Positions 1 to 11,157 of a DNA stretch of 64,000 nt are shown here, piece by piece. A program made the position numbers and the translations under genes. The first letter of the stretch is position 1; each line of letters begins with the position of its first letter. The DNA is taken from contig JAWSUI010000003.1 of the NCBI GenBank assembly GCA_033551855.1, positions 64,001 to 128,000 of the forward strand, in the 5' to 3' direction. A model generated the notes under the pieces. That model did not search any database and was not told the origin of the DNA. It saw nothing but the letters and a program-made list of their open reading frames with translations. Source of the stretch: Deferrisomatales bacterium. Its GTDB lineage: Bacteria; Desulfobacterota; Deferrisomatia; Deferrisomatales; JACRMM01.

Positions 1-1
1 C

Positions 2-583
2 CTGTTTCAGGGGCTTCGACGGCGCATCCTTGCGAGCCTCGGCATTGCGGTCCTGGCCCTGGCGCCGGTGGCATGGGGCCTGCTGCACGACTACCAGCGC
101 GCGCGGATCCTCACCTTCTTGAACCCCGAGCGCGACCCCCTGGGGGCCGGGTACCACATCATCCAATCGAAGATCGCGGTTGGCTCCGGCCAACTGCTGG
201 GCAAGGGGTTCCTGCAGGGGACCCAGGTCCGCCTGCAGTTCCTCCCCGAGCGCCACACGGATTTCATCTTCTCGGTCCTGGCGGAGGAGTGGGGCCTGGT
301 GGGCTGTGCGACGGTGCTCTTCGTCTACGCGCTCCTCCTCCTCTGGGGGATCGACATCGCCGCCAAGGCCCGGGACCCTTTCGGGCGCTTGCTGGCCATC
401 GGCGTCACGAGCATCCTCTTCTTCCACGTGGCCGTGAACGTCGGGATGGTGAGCGGCATGCTCCCCGTCGTGGGGGTGCCGTTGCCCCTCTTCTCTTACG
501 GGGGCTCCTCCGTCCTGACCACCTATGTGATCATCGGAATCCTGCTCAGCATCCGGGCCCGCCGCTTTTCCCGAGGCCTTTAG
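2..583 (+). CDS. rodA: Rod shape-determining protein RodA (SEDS family), 5' part outside window
   Basis: Frame is open from window start; SEDS motifs DPLGAGYHIIQSKIAVGSG, LPERHTDFIFSVLAEEWG, GVPLPLFSYGGSS. Confidence 0.93.
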   Translation: MFQGLRRRILASLGIAVLALAPVAWGLLHDYQRARILTFLNPERDPLGAGYHIIQSKIAVGSGQLLGKGFLQGTQVRLQFLPERHTDFIFSVLAEEWGLVGCATVLFVYALLLLWGIDIAAKARDPFGRLLAIGVTSILFFHVAVNVGMVSGMLPVVGVPLPLFSYGGSSVLTTYVIIGILLSIRARRFSRGL

Positions 584-602
584 TTTCTTCGGGGAGAAAC
601 CG

Positions 603-1229
603 ATGAAGAACCCCATGATCCGACAAGACGCAGACACCTTCGTGGCCCTGGGCCAAGCCGTCTCCCTGGCCACCCTGGAGGGAGCCCTGGGGCGCGGCGA
701 TACGCGGGAACTGAACGCAGCGCTGGTGGCCGGTATCCTGAGCGGGTGCATGGAGCTCGACACCTATGCCCGGGTCCACGATGCCCTCGCCCGTCTGCTG
801 GAGCGAACCTTTGCCGAACCCCCCGGGGCCCGCAGCGACATCCGAGCCGGGGAGGGTGCTGTCCAGGACGGCGACGACCGCCTGGGCGTCTATCTGGAAG
901 TGGTTGGCGACGCCTGGGAGAAGGTCTCCTGGGAAGGGGAGGCGTGCGGGCGCCTAAAGGAATTCGTGGAGCGCGCGTTCGACCTCTCCCGGGCCCGCTT
1001 CGGCGAAGGAGCCTGGTTTCGGGCGCCCCTGCGTGGCACGGTCGAGAGCGTATCCCGCGAGGCCCGCGCCGCAGGCCTTCTCGTGGTGTCGGTCCAGGGG
1101 ACCCCGCCGACAGGGGAGCTCGAAGCGACCCTGGAGACGGCCGACGCCCCCGCAGGCCCGGCCCGGGTAGTCCTGGGCTGGGGCGATCGCCGCACCGCCC
1201 TCGACCTCCACTCCTGCGCCACCGCCTGA
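603..1229 (+). CDS. Hypothetical protein (208 aa)
   Basis: ATG with GGAG RBS 20 nt after rodA stop; normal protein-like composition; no family recognised. Confidence 0.7.
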   Translation: MKNPMIRQDADTFVALGQAVSLATLEGALGRGDTRELNAALVAGILSGCMELDTYARVHDALARLLERTFAEPPGARSDIRAGEGAVQDGDDRLGVYLEVVGDAWEKVSWEGEACGRLKEFVERAFDLSRARFGEGAWFRAPLRGTVESVSREARAAGLLVVSVQGTPPTGELEATLETADAPAGPARVVLGWGDRRTALDLHSCATA

Positions 1230-1490
1230 GAACGGGAACCCCTCGCAGAGACTCCGCGGGTCGCGAGCAGCCTTCGGCTACGGGTGATCGCACCCGCCCC
1301 TCCCGCACCAGACAGCCTGGTCTTCGCCGCGAACCGGCGCATGCGGGCCCTTTCGCGCCGGCGGTCGGGCTCGGGGGCGACCTCCGGAAGCGCCCCCGTC
1401 CGCAAGCTCGGGGGCTTCCGGACGGAGGAGTCCTCGGAAGCGGGGCGCGGGCGCTTCCCGGGTTCAGGCCGCGGGTGGTACAGTGCCGGC

Positions 1491-2858
1491 ATGACCAAGA
1501 TCCGGCGCATGTTCGAGTGCCAGAACTGCGGCGCCCAGTCTCCCAAGTGGCTGGGCCGGTGCACGGACTGCGGGGGGTGGGGCACCCTCACCGAAGGTCC
1601 GCCGGCACAACCCCCGGCGGGCCGGAGGCCCTTTGCCGGGCTGGCAAGCTCGGGCGGGCCGGTACCCCTGGCGGAAGTGACGGTCGAAGGTGAAGACCGC
1701 TCGCCCACCGGTGTCCCGGAATTCGATCGGGTGCTCGGGGGAGGGCTCGTTCCCGGGTCGGCGATTCTGGTAGGCGGAGACCCGGGCATCGGCAAGTCCA
1801 CCCTCCTTCTTCAAGTGCTCCAAGCCCTTTCTCGGTCCCAGGGAAAGACCCTCTACATCTCGGGGGAGGAATCGGTCCGCCAGATCCGGATGCGCGCGGA
1901 CCGGCTGGGCGGCCCGGAGAGCGACCTCCTGGTCTTGGCCGAAACGGACGTCGGGAGGATTCTAGACGCCCTGGAGGCCGCCCGACCCGTCGCCGCCGTG
2001 GTGGACAGCGTCCAGACCCTGTTTTCCGCGGAGATCGGGAGTGCACCCGGAACGGTCAGCCAGGTTCGCGAAGTCTCGGGCCGGTTGGTGGTCCACGCGA
2101 AGACCCTGGGCATGCCCGTGTTCCTCGTGGGGCACGTCACGAAGGACGGCTCCCTCGCCGGTCCCCGGGTGCTCGAGCACATGGTCGACACCGTGCTGTA
2201 CTTCGAGGGAGACCGTGGTCACCCCTATCGGATCCTCCGGGCCGTGAAGAACCGCTTCGGCTCCACCAACGAAGTGGGCGTGTTCGAGATGGCCGATCGA
2301 GGGCTGTCCGGAGTGGAGAACCCTTCGGCGCTCTTCCTCTCCGAACGCCCCGTCGGGGCCCCGGGTTCCGCTGTGGTGCCCGCCCTGGAAGGGACGCGGA
2401 CCCTCCTGGCGGAGGTGCAGGCCCTCGTGAGTCCGTGCGCACACGGCAGCCCCCAGCGGACGACCTGGGGGGTCGAGCGCACCCGCGTGCAGATCCTCTC
2501 CGCCCTGCTGGAACGGAGGCTCGGGGTGCCGCTCCTCAGCCACGATATCTTCGTGAAGGTATCCGGAGGGTTCGACATCTCGGAACCCGCGGCCGACCTA
2601 GCCGTAGTGGCGGCGTTGGTCTCGGCGGCGAGAGACCGCCCCCTGCCGGAGAAAGCGGTCTTCTTCGGCGAAGTGGGTCTCGCCGGCGAGGTGCGGGGCG
2701 TGTCCCGGCCCGAGGCGCGTCTGGCCGAGGCGGCACGGCTGGGCTTCCATACAGCCTTCGGTCCCCGTGGAGCGGCAACCCCCAAGCGCGCCGGGGGCAA
2801 CATCGCGTTCCACCCGCTGGGGCGGCTCGCCGACCTCCTGGAGGCAATCACGCGCTGA
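1491..2858 (+). CDS. radA: DNA repair protein RadA/Sms
   Basis: Zn finger CQNCG..KWLGRCTDCG, Walker A GDPGIGKST, KNRFG motif, Lon-like C-terminus; start set at MTKIRR rather than ORF-track 1284. Confidence 0.96.
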   Translation: MTKIRRMFECQNCGAQSPKWLGRCTDCGGWGTLTEGPPAQPPAGRRPFAGLASSGGPVPLAEVTVEGEDRSPTGVPEFDRVLGGGLVPGSAILVGGDPGIGKSTLLLQVLQALSRSQGKTLYISGEESVRQIRMRADRLGGPESDLLVLAETDVGRILDALEAARPVAAVVDSVQTLFSAEIGSAPGTVSQVREVSGRLVVHAKTLGMPVFLVGHVTKDGSLAGPRVLEHMVDTVLYFEGDRGHPYRILRAVKNRFGSTNEVGVFEMADRGLSGVENPSALFLSERPVGAPGSAVVPALEGTRTLLAEVQALVSPCAHGSPQRTTWGVERTRVQILSALLERRLGVPLLSHDIFVKVSGGFDISEPAADLAVVAALVSAARDRPLPEKAVFFGEVGLAGEVRGVSRPEARLAEAARLGFHTAFGPRGAATPKRAGGNIAFHPLGRLADLLEAITR

Positions 2859-2908
2859 GGCAGCGCCTAGCCTTCACCCCCCCGGGCTCCCCCACCGATA
2901 TCGGCGGC

Positions 2909-3319
2909 TCAGCCGCGCCCCTTCTCCTGGACGAGCTCCGTCAGCACCCCGCCGGAGGACTTGGGATGCACGAAGGCGATGGAGGTGTTGTGGGCTCCCG
3001 TGCGAGGCTTCTCGTCCACCATCCTCACCCCGGCGCCCATGAGGCGCTCGACCTCGGCGGCCGTGTCGTCGACCTCATAGGCGATGTGGTGGAACCCGGG
3101 CCCGTTCTTTTCCAGGAACTTGGCCACCGGGGACTCGGGGCTCGTGGGCTGGACGAGCTCCAGGCGAACCTCGCCGATGGGCAGGAACGCCACCTTGACC
3201 TTCTGGTCCGCCACCTCCTCGATCCCCCCGAGGGTGAGCCCCAGGTGCTCGGTGTAGAAGCGGGCGGCCGCGTCGATGTCCGGGACAGCGATGCCGATGT
3301 GGTTGATCTTGCTGGGCAT
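2909..3319 (-). CDS. mce: Methylmalonyl-CoA epimerase
   Basis: VOC fold motifs INHIGIAV, LELVQP, GFHHIAYEV, FVHPKSSGGVLTELVQ; adjacent to mutase genes. Confidence 0.93.
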   Translation of the reverse strand: MPSKINHIGIAVPDIDAAARFYTEHLGLTLGGIEEVADQKVKVAFLPIGEVRLELVQPTSPESPVAKFLEKNGPGFHHIAYEVDDTAAEVERLMGAGVRMVDEKPRTGAHNTSIAFVHPKSSGGVLTELVQEKGRG

Positions 3320-3382
3320 GGGCAGTTCCTCCTTGCTGCTCCCTGGGCCCGCCCGGGGGGCGGACGGCGCACTGCGGGCGTT

Positions 3383-3778
3383 CTACCCGAGGCGTTCCCG
3401 GATGAAATCCACCACCGCGGTGGTATCGGTGCCGGGCAAGAAGATCTCGGCAAACCCTACGTCCTTGAGGGACGGGATGTCCTCCATCGGGATGATCCCC
3501 CCCCCGAAGAGCAGAAGCTCTGCTTTCCCCTTGCGGCTCAGCCCTTCCGCCACCCGCGGAAACAGAACCATGTGCGCCCCGGAGAGGCACGACAACCCCA
3601 CCACATCCACGTCTTCTTGGACGGCGGCAGCCACGATCTTCTCCGGCGTCTGGCGAATCCCTGTGTAGATGACTTCCATCCCGGCATCCCGCAGGGCCCT
3701 GGCCACGACTTTGGCTCCCCGGTCGTGTCCGTCGAGACCCGGCTTGGCGATCAGGACGCGGATCTTTTTCTGAGCCAT
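3383..3778 (-). CDS. Acyl-CoA mutase small subunit (cobalamin-binding domain)
   Basis: [10 protein letters not shown] (DxHxxG), [14 protein letters not shown]; start MAQKK with GAGGAAG RBS. Confidence 0.93.
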   Translation of the reverse strand: MAQKKIRVLIAKPGLDGHDRGAKVVARALRDAGMEVIYTGIRQTPEKIVAAAVQEDVDVVGLSCLSGAHMVLFPRVAEGLSRKGKAELLLFGGGIIPMEDIPSLKDVGFAEIFLPGTDTTAVVDFIRERLG

Positions 3779-3833
3779 CGTGACTTCCTCCCTGGCCCTC
3801 AGATGGGACCTTTCGAACCCGTGACGCTGGCGC

Positions 3834-5495
<1,662 letters not shown>

Positions 5496-5528
5496 GGGTC
5501 GTCTCCTTCCGGTTGCCGGCGTCGCGGC

Positions 5529-5975
5529 TCACCCGCCGATGGTCATCAGCACTTCCCCCACCCCCACGTCCTGGCCCTTGGCGACCTTGACCTCGGAGAC
5601 GGTCCCGGCCACGTGGGCCTTGATCTCGTTCTCCATCTTCATCGCTTCCATCACCAGCACGGTGTCGCCGACCTCGACCGCGTCGCCCACCTTGACCGCC
5701 ACGCTCAGAATGTGGCCCGGCATCGGGGCGGTGATCACCTCTCCCGCCCCCAAGACGGGAGCGGCGGGTGCCGCGGGCGCGGCGATGGGGGCGCGGGGCG
5801 GCGGGGCTGCCGGAGCGGGGGTCGCCGCGGGGGTCGGGGTCGGGGCCGCACCCCCTGCGGGAATCTCCACCTCGTAGGGCACGCCGTTTACGGTGACGCT
5901 GGCGCCGGTGCCGGAGATCCGGCCGATCTCCACCCGGTACGGATTGCCGTTGATGACCAAATCGTAGCGGCTCAT
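5529..5975 (-). CDS. Biotin carboxyl carrier protein
   Basis: Pro/Ala linker, APMPG, EAMKMENE biotinylation motif. Confidence 0.93.
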   Translation of the reverse strand: MSRYDLVINGNPYRVEIGRISGTGASVTVNGVPYEVEIPAGGAAPTPTPAATPAPAAPPPRAPIAAPAAPAAPVLGAGEVITAPMPGHILSVAVKVGDAVEVGDTVLVMEAMKMENEIKAHVAGTVSEVKVAKGQDVGVGEVLMTIGG

Positions 5976-6032
5976 GCGCGTCGGCTCCTTCTGGTGTCGG
6001 CTCGCGTGGTCCCGGGCCGGAGCCCGGCTCGC

Positions 6033-7583
6033 TCACAGCGGGATGTTTCCGTGCTTTCGCGGCGGATTCGAGTCGCGCTTGTTCCGGCATGCCTCCAGGG
6101 CCTGGATCACGCGGATGCGCGTGTCCTCCGGAAGGATGACCTCGTCCACGTAGCCGAGCTCGGCCGCCTGGTAGGGGTTGGCGAACCGCTCCGTGTACTC
6201 CTCGATCTTCTGCACCCGCGCCGCCTTGGGGTCTTCGGACTTGTCGATCTCTTTGCGGAAGATGATGTCCACCGCCCCCTGGGGGCCCATCACCGCGATC
6301 TCGGCGGTGGGGTATGCCAGGTTCACGTCGCCGCGCAGGTGTTTGGAGCTCATCACGCAGTAGGCGCCACCGTAGGCCTTCCGGGTGATCACGGTGATCT
6401 TGGGGACCGTGGCCTCCGAGTATGCGTAGATCAGCTTGGCCCCGTGCTTGATGATACCCCGGTATTCCTGGTCGGTGCCCGGAAGGTAGCCCGGTACGTC
6501 CTCCAGGGTGACGATGGGAACGTTGAAGGCGTCGCAGAACCGGACGAACCGAGCGCCCTTCATGGACGCGTCGCAGTCGAGGCAGCCGGCCAGGTGGTTC
6601 GGCTGGTTGGCGACGATGCCGACCACCGCCCCCCCCATCCGGGCGAAACCGACCACGATATTGGGCGCGTAGTGCTGGTGCACCTCGAAGAAGTCCCCGT
6701 GGTCCGCCATGGCTCGGATGATGTCCTTGATGTCGTAGCCCTTGTTCGGATTGTCCGGGACCGTTTGGTTGATCTCCGGGAGCTTGCGGTCCACCGGGTC
6801 GTCACAGGGGACCGCCGGGGGGTCCTCCAGGTTGTTGGAGGGGAGGAAGGACAGGAGCCGCTGGATCTGGGCGAGGCAGTCCCGGTCGTCCGTCGCCATG
6901 AAGTGGGCGACGCCGGACTTCTGGTTGTGGGTGAGCGCTCCCCCCAGGGCATCCATGGTCACGTCCTCGTTCGTCACCGATTTGATCACCCGAGGCCCGG
7001 TGATGAACATGTGGCTCGTGCCGTCCACCATGAAGACGAAATCGGTGAGCGCCGGGCTGTACACCGCGCCCCCGGCACAGGTGCCCACGATCGCCGAGAT
7101 CTGTGGGACCACCCCGGAGCTCATCACGTTGCGGTGGAAGATGTTGGCGTATCCGGCGAGACTCTGGACGCCCTCCTGGATGCGGGCCCCCCCGGAGTCG
7201 TTCAGGCCGACCACGGGCGCCCCGTTCTTCAGGGCCATATCCATGATCTTGCAGATCTTGTTCGACATGGTCAGGGACAGGCTTCCGCCGAACACGGTGA
7301 AGTCCTGGGCGTACGCGTACGTGAGCCGCCCGTCGACCTTGCCGTAGCCGGTGACGATGCCGTCGCCCGGGAACTTGGTCGCCTCCATCCCGAAGTTCGT
7401 GCACTGATGGGTCACGAGCTTGTCGACCTCGACAAAGGTGCCCGGGTCGAAGAGCGCCTCGAGGCGTTCCCTCGCCGTGAGCTTCCCCTGCTCGTGATGC
7501 TTGGCAACGCGCTCGGCGCCTCCGCCCGCTTCGGCCTCCCGGTTCTTCCCGGCGAGGAGCTCGAACTTCTTCTCCAGGCTCAT
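6033..7583 (-). CDS. Acyl-CoA carboxyltransferase (PccB / transcarboxylase 12S / MmdA family)
   Basis: [42 protein letters not shown]-terminal KHGNIPL. Confidence 0.93.
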   Translation of the reverse strand: MSLEKKFELLAGKNREAEAGGGAERVAKHHEQGKLTARERLEALFDPGTFVEVDKLVTHQCTNFGMEATKFPGDGIVTGYGKVDGRLTYAYAQDFTVFGGSLSLTMSNKICKIMDMALKNGAPVVGLNDSGGARIQEGVQSLAGYANIFHRNVMSSGVVPQISAIVGTCAGGAVYSPALTDFVFMVDGTSHMFITGPRVIKSVTNEDVTMDALGGALTHNQKSGVAHFMATDDRDCLAQIQRLLSFLPSNNLEDPPAVPCDDPVDRKLPEINQTVPDNPNKGYDIKDIIRAMADHGDFFEVHQHYAPNIVVGFARMGGAVVGIVANQPNHLAGCLDCDASMKGARFVRFCDAFNVPIVTLEDVPGYLPGTDQEYRGIIKHGAKLIYAYSEATVPKITVITRKAYGGAYCVMSSKHLRGDVNLAYPTAEIAVMGPQGAVDIIFRKEIDKSEDPKAARVQKIEEYTERFANPYQAAELGYVDEVILPEDTRIRVIQALEACRNKRDSNPPRKHGNIPL

Positions 7584-7698
7584 CCGATTCCTCCTTAACA
7601 CAGACGTTACCCGTTCGAGAGGCCGCGCTCCCTGTGGAACGACGCCTTGGGCGCGGGTCTTGCGGGGCTCCGGAAACCTCCCTGCCTGCTCCCTTCCC

Positions 7699-9663
7699 CT
7701 ACCCCAAGGTCAGGAGCAGGGCGTCCTTGGTCACATTGTCGCCCTTCTGGAAGCACACCTGCTGGACCACCCCGTCCACCGGCGCCTCGAGGCCGTTCTC
7801 CATCTTCATGGCCTCCAGTACCACCACCACGTCACCGGCCTTGACGGGATCCCCCGCCTTGACCAGGATGTCCACGATCATCCCCGGCATGGGGGCGGTC
7901 ACCTGCCCCTTGGCTCCCACCGCCGGTGCCGGCGGGGGCGCCGCTGCGGGCGCCTGGGCAGGGGGAGCCTCCGCCCGGGGTGCCGGGCCGGCGGGGGCGG
8001 GACGAGCGACCGGGGCAGGGGCCGCGGCGACGGGAGTCGCGGACGTCACGACCGGCTCTCCACCCAGGCCCTCCACCGCCACCTCGAAGTACTCGCCGTC
8101 CACGAACACGTTGAAGGTCCGGGCAGCCGGGCCAACGACAGGGACCTTCTTGACGGGTTTCTCCACGAGCTCGCCGGCGAGGGCCTTGCGGCACAGGTCC
8201 TGCTCCCTCTTCCAGTCCTCCGCCGTCCGGGGCTTCCACTCCGGCGGCGGGGGCTCCTTTCCGGCTCGCACCGCCAGGAACCGCTTCCCGGTCGTGGGGA
8301 ACATGTTGTAGAGGAGCAGGTCGGCCCGGGATCTCGCCAGGTCGCCGATCTCCGCCCTGGCCTTCTCGAGCTCGGGTTCGAGGACGTCTGCGGGCCGGCA
8401 GGTGATCGGCTCCTCGCCTCGAGGGTATCCCTTCAGGGCAAGCTTCTGGAGCTCACGGCTGATCGGTCGTGGGGGCTGCCCATACAACCCGTAGCAGTAA
8501 TCCTTGACCTGACCGGAGATCATCTTGTACCGCTCGGCGATGGTCCCCCCCGGCTTGCCCATGAGGACGTTCATGACCGCCTGGACGCCGACGATCTGGC
8601 TGGTGGGGGTGACGAGGGGAGGAAAACCCAGGTCCTCCCGGACCCGGGGAAGCTCGGCGAAGACCTCGTTCAGGCGGTGCTCGGCGCCGGCTTCGCGAAG
8701 CTGGTTGACCAGGTTCGAGAGCATGCCTCCCGGGGTCTGGTGCATGAGCACCCCGATGTCCGCCACGGCAAGGCGCGTCGTGTCCAGCAAGTGGCGGTAC
8801 TTCGGGGCGATGGATTCCAGGTACTCCGCCACCTCGTTCAGGACCTCCAAGTCGAAGCCCGTGTCCCGGTCGGTGCCCTGGAGCATCATGACAATGGGCT
8901 CGATGGCCGGGTGGCTCGAGCGACCGGCAAAGGGCGCCGAGCAAGTGTCGAGAATGTCCACGCCGGCTTCGATCGCCCTCTGGAAGGCGTACTCCGCGAG
9001 CCCGGACGTCGTGTGGCAGTGGAGCTCCACCGGCAGTTTCGTGGCCTTCTTGATCGCCTTGACGAGATCGTAGGCGTCATCCGGCGCGAGCAGGCCCGCC
9101 ATGTCCTTGATGCAGATCGAGTGCGCTCCCATGGAGGCGAAGGTCTTGGCCTTGCCCACCCAGTAGTCCAGGTCGAAGATCTCCCCGCCCATCTTCCGTC
9201 CCGTCACCGTGTAGGACAGAGCCGCCTGGAAGTGCATCCCGTTCGCGACGACGCGACGCGCCACGGTATCGAAATTCCGGGCGTCGTTGAGGGCGTCGAA
9301 GATGCGAAAGATGTCGATGCCGGCCTCGCAGGCCTCGTCCACGAAGGCATTGGCCATGTCGTCGGCGTAGTTTCGATAGCCGACGAGGTTCTGCCCCCGC
9401 AGCAGCATCTGGAACTTCACGTCCTTGGGGATGTACCGGCGCAGGCGCTTCGGCCGCTCCCAGGGATCCTCCCCCAGAAAGCGGTGCATGGTGTCGAACG
9501 TGGCCCCCCCCCAGACCTCCATGGCGTGGTAGCCGACCTTCCCCACGGTATCGAGGATGGCCTCGATGTCCTCGGTGCGCATCCGGGTCGCGAACAAGCT
9601 CTGGTGGCCATCTCGGAAGGTGAGATCGGTGATCTTCAGGGGCTGCTTCGACGACTTGCTCAT
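7699..9663 (-). CDS. Pyruvate/oxaloacetate carboxyltransferase with C-terminal biotin domain (PycB/OadA/transcarboxylase 5S type)
   Basis: [58 protein letters not shown]. Confidence 0.93.
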   Translation of the reverse strand: MSKSSKQPLKITDLTFRDGHQSLFATRMRTEDIEAILDTVGKVGYHAMEVWGGATFDTMHRFLGEDPWERPKRLRRYIPKDVKFQMLLRGQNLVGYRNYADDMANAFVDEACEAGIDIFRIFDALNDARNFDTVARRVVANGMHFQAALSYTVTGRKMGGEIFDLDYWVGKAKTFASMGAHSICIKDMAGLLAPDDAYDLVKAIKKATKLPVELHCHTTSGLAEYAFQRAIEAGVDILDTCSAPFAGRSSHPAIEPIVMMLQGTDRDTGFDLEVLNEVAEYLESIAPKYRHLLDTTRLAVADIGVLMHQTPGGMLSNLVNQLREAGAEHRLNEVFAELPRVREDLGFPPLVTPTSQIVGVQAVMNVLMGKPGGTIAERYKMISGQVKDYCYGLYGQPPRPISRELQKLALKGYPRGEEPITCRPADVLEPELEKARAEIGDLARSRADLLLYNMFPTTGKRFLAVRAGKEPPPPEWKPRTAEDWKREQDLCRKALAGELVEKPVKKVPVVGPAARTFNVFVDGEYFEVAVEGLGGEPVVTSATPVAAAPAPVARPAPAGPAPRAEAPPAQAPAAAPPPAPAVGAKGQVTAPMPGMIVDILVKAGDPVKAGDVVVVLEAMKMENGLEAPVDGVVQQVCFQKGDNVTKDALLLTLG

Positions 9664-9714
9664 GGCATGCTCCTTGTCCTCAAAAACCGCAGGCGGATAC
9701 CGAACAGGAACCGG

Positions 9715-9921
9715 CTACCAGGATCTCGTCAGGCGCCGCTGCCACAGATCCCGCAAGGCCATGGACTCCTGCCGGCCGGCCAGGCCCCAGGACGCAAAAC
9801 CCGGAGGTGTGGTCGGGGCGGGCCGCCCAGGGGGCACCGCCGTTTCCGGCTGGGCTTCGGCGAGATACTGCAGGACGGCTGCCATCGCGGCAGCCACCTT
9901 CACGGCAGGGTGACTCCCCAT
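9715..9921 (-). CDS. Small 68-aa protein, probable carboxylase accessory subunit
   Basis: Strong RBS AGGGAGGAG before ATG at 9921; MGSHPAVKVAAAMAAVLQYL...SWGLAGRQESMALRDLWQRRLTRSW; sits in the operon upstream of the carboxyltransferase. Confidence 0.7.
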   Translation of the reverse strand: MGSHPAVKVAAAMAAVLQYLAEAQPETAVPPGRPAPTTPPGFASWGLAGRQESMALRDLWQRRLTRSW

Positions 9922-9991
9922 GACTCCTCCCTTCCCGTCTCTGAATTCGCGCAACAGGCGCCCGGGTGAGCCGGGGCGGTGTCCGCCCCCC

Positions 9992-10690
9992 TCAGCTCCC
10001 CTTCGCCAGCACCGCAAGAACCTTTGCACCCCCCGCGGGACCGTGGGCCAGGAGGCGGTGCCGCAGCGTCGATTCGAAGTATACGCTGTCCCCTTGCCGG
10101 AGGACGATCCGCTCCCGGTCCAAGAGGAGCTCGGCCTCGCCCTCGAGGACGAGGAGAAACTCCTCTCCCTCGTGGCTGTACAGGGTCTGCTCATCCCGCA
10201 TCCCTGCATCCACCGAGAGGAGGAACGGCTCCATGATCTTGTCCCTCTTCCTGTGGGTGAGGGCGTGGTAGGTGTAGCCGTGGTCGCCCCCGGTGCTCGA
10301 GATCACCCGGGTGACGGCCGGCCGCGCCTCCCGGCGGATCACCTCGTAGGCCTCTTCGGGGCCTTCGTCGCGGAAGAAGTAGCCCACCCGCACGCCGAGG
10401 ACCTTCGCGATCCTGGCCAGCGTGGCGATGGGGGGAGAGACGTTGTTGTTCTCCACCTGGGAGATGAGGGCCGGGGAAAACCCCGTCTCGTCAGCCACCT
10501 CCTGGAGGGTCTTCTTCCGGGTCTGCCGCAAGGCCTTGATCTTCGCCCCGATGTGGAACTCCTCCGGGGCGCCTTCCCGGACCCCCGCCGGCGGCCTCCT
10601 CGAGGCCCCCGGACGCTGAGCGCGCTTGCGTCCTCCTTGGGCTTTGGAATCGGACGACGAAGCTCGAGACACGCGGGGATCCTGGGCCAC
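9992..10690 (-). CDS. XRE-family HTH transcriptional regulator with cupin sensor domain
   Basis: IGAKIKALRQ..TLQEVA..TGFSPALISQVENN.VSPPIATL; cupin HEGEEFLLVLEG..GDSVYF..H; start uncertain (GTG 10690 chosen, downstream of the promoter). Confidence 0.88.
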   Translation of the reverse strand: MAQDPRVSRASSSDSKAQGGRKRAQRPGASRRPPAGVREGAPEEFHIGAKIKALRQTRKKTLQEVADETGFSPALISQVENNNVSPPIATLARIAKVLGVRVGYFFRDEGPEEAYEVIRREARPAVTRVISSTGGDHGYTYHALTHRKRDKIMEPFLLSVDAGMRDEQTLYSHEGEEFLLVLEGEAELLLDRERIVLRQGDSVYFESTLRHRLLAHGPAGGAKVLAVLAKGS

Positions 10691-10736
10691 GGCAGACGGC
10701 CTGGTGAAGGGTCGAAAAGATCGTGCAAGTCGCGGC

Positions 10737-10765
10737 ATTCTATGCAAAGTCACCGGGCAGGTCAA
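10737..10765 (-). promoter_or_regulatory. Sigma70-type promoter of the XRE/carboxylase/mutase operon
   Basis: TTGACC-17 nt-TAGAAT on minus strand. Confidence 0.65.
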
Positions 10766-10771
10766 GAAGTC

Positions 10772-10806
10772 TTTAGCAAGAATAAAACGTCTTTAGCCCA
10801 GCTAAA
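10772..10806. promoter_or_regulatory. Two tandem palindromic operator-like sites TTTAGC-N3-GCTAAA
   Basis: TTTAGCaagAATAAA (10772-10786) and perfect TTTAGCccaGCTAAA (10792-10806), 20 bp apart, just upstream of the -35. Confidence 0.5.
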
Positions 10807-10826
10807 AGCAACTGGCGCCGACAAGA

Positions 10827-11035
10827 GGTTCTTCCGGTAAACGACCGGGTGGGCCCGCCCCCTCCGGCGGACGATGCCGGACTGTACGGTAGGTGCGCTC
10901 CCGCGCCGCAGCCGGAATCCTCGCGGCATCGCTGCTCCCGAAACGGCTGCCCCCGTCGAGCGGCCGTCCGCCTGCGTGGCCGGGCCCACCCGGTCGTCCC
11001 TGGGCACGAGCACCCGGTCGTTTGCCGGAAAAACC
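10827..11035. mobile_element. 209-bp MITE-like element, copy 1
   Basis: 25-bp terminal inverted repeats (23/25 match; GGTTCTTCCGGTAAACGACCGGGTG), flanking direct repeat ACAAGA (10821-10826, 11036-11041), about 94% identical to 44262-44470 in reverse orientation. Confidence 0.85.
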
Positions 11036-11062
11036 ACAAGAAAGCCCCTCTGCACGAGGGGC
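11036..11062 (-). terminator. Probable intrinsic terminator of iclR
   Basis: Stem GCCCCTC/GAGGGGC followed on the minus strand by TTTCTTGT. Confidence 0.5.
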
Positions 11063-11157
11063 CTCCCATCGAGCCGAGGGGACTCGGAGTTTCACTGCGA
11101 AGACTCTTTCGGGGAATGACGGGGGTGGCGGGTACTGGACGAGCCTCTACGAAGGAC

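Noticed and set aside
1284..1490. N-terminal extensions in the ORF track (radA, also fhs, cooC, iorA, acd, ribF, aroE, pilB)
   Set aside because: Low-complexity Arg/Pro/Gly-rich run-ups; family homology and RBS or promoter position support the downstream starts used
5750..5860. GC-rich quasi-repeats in the biotin carrier genes (also 7920-8040)
   Set aside because: They encode ordinary Pro/Ala linkers
5529..9663. Na+-translocating decarboxylase (Oad/Mmd)
   Set aside because: No membrane beta subunit or TM-anchored gamma/delta subunit in the cluster; cannot be excluded genome-wide
10849..11055. Near-identical short ORFs here and at 44063-44536
   Set aside because: They are translations of the MITE in several frames, with no consistent start or stop between copies
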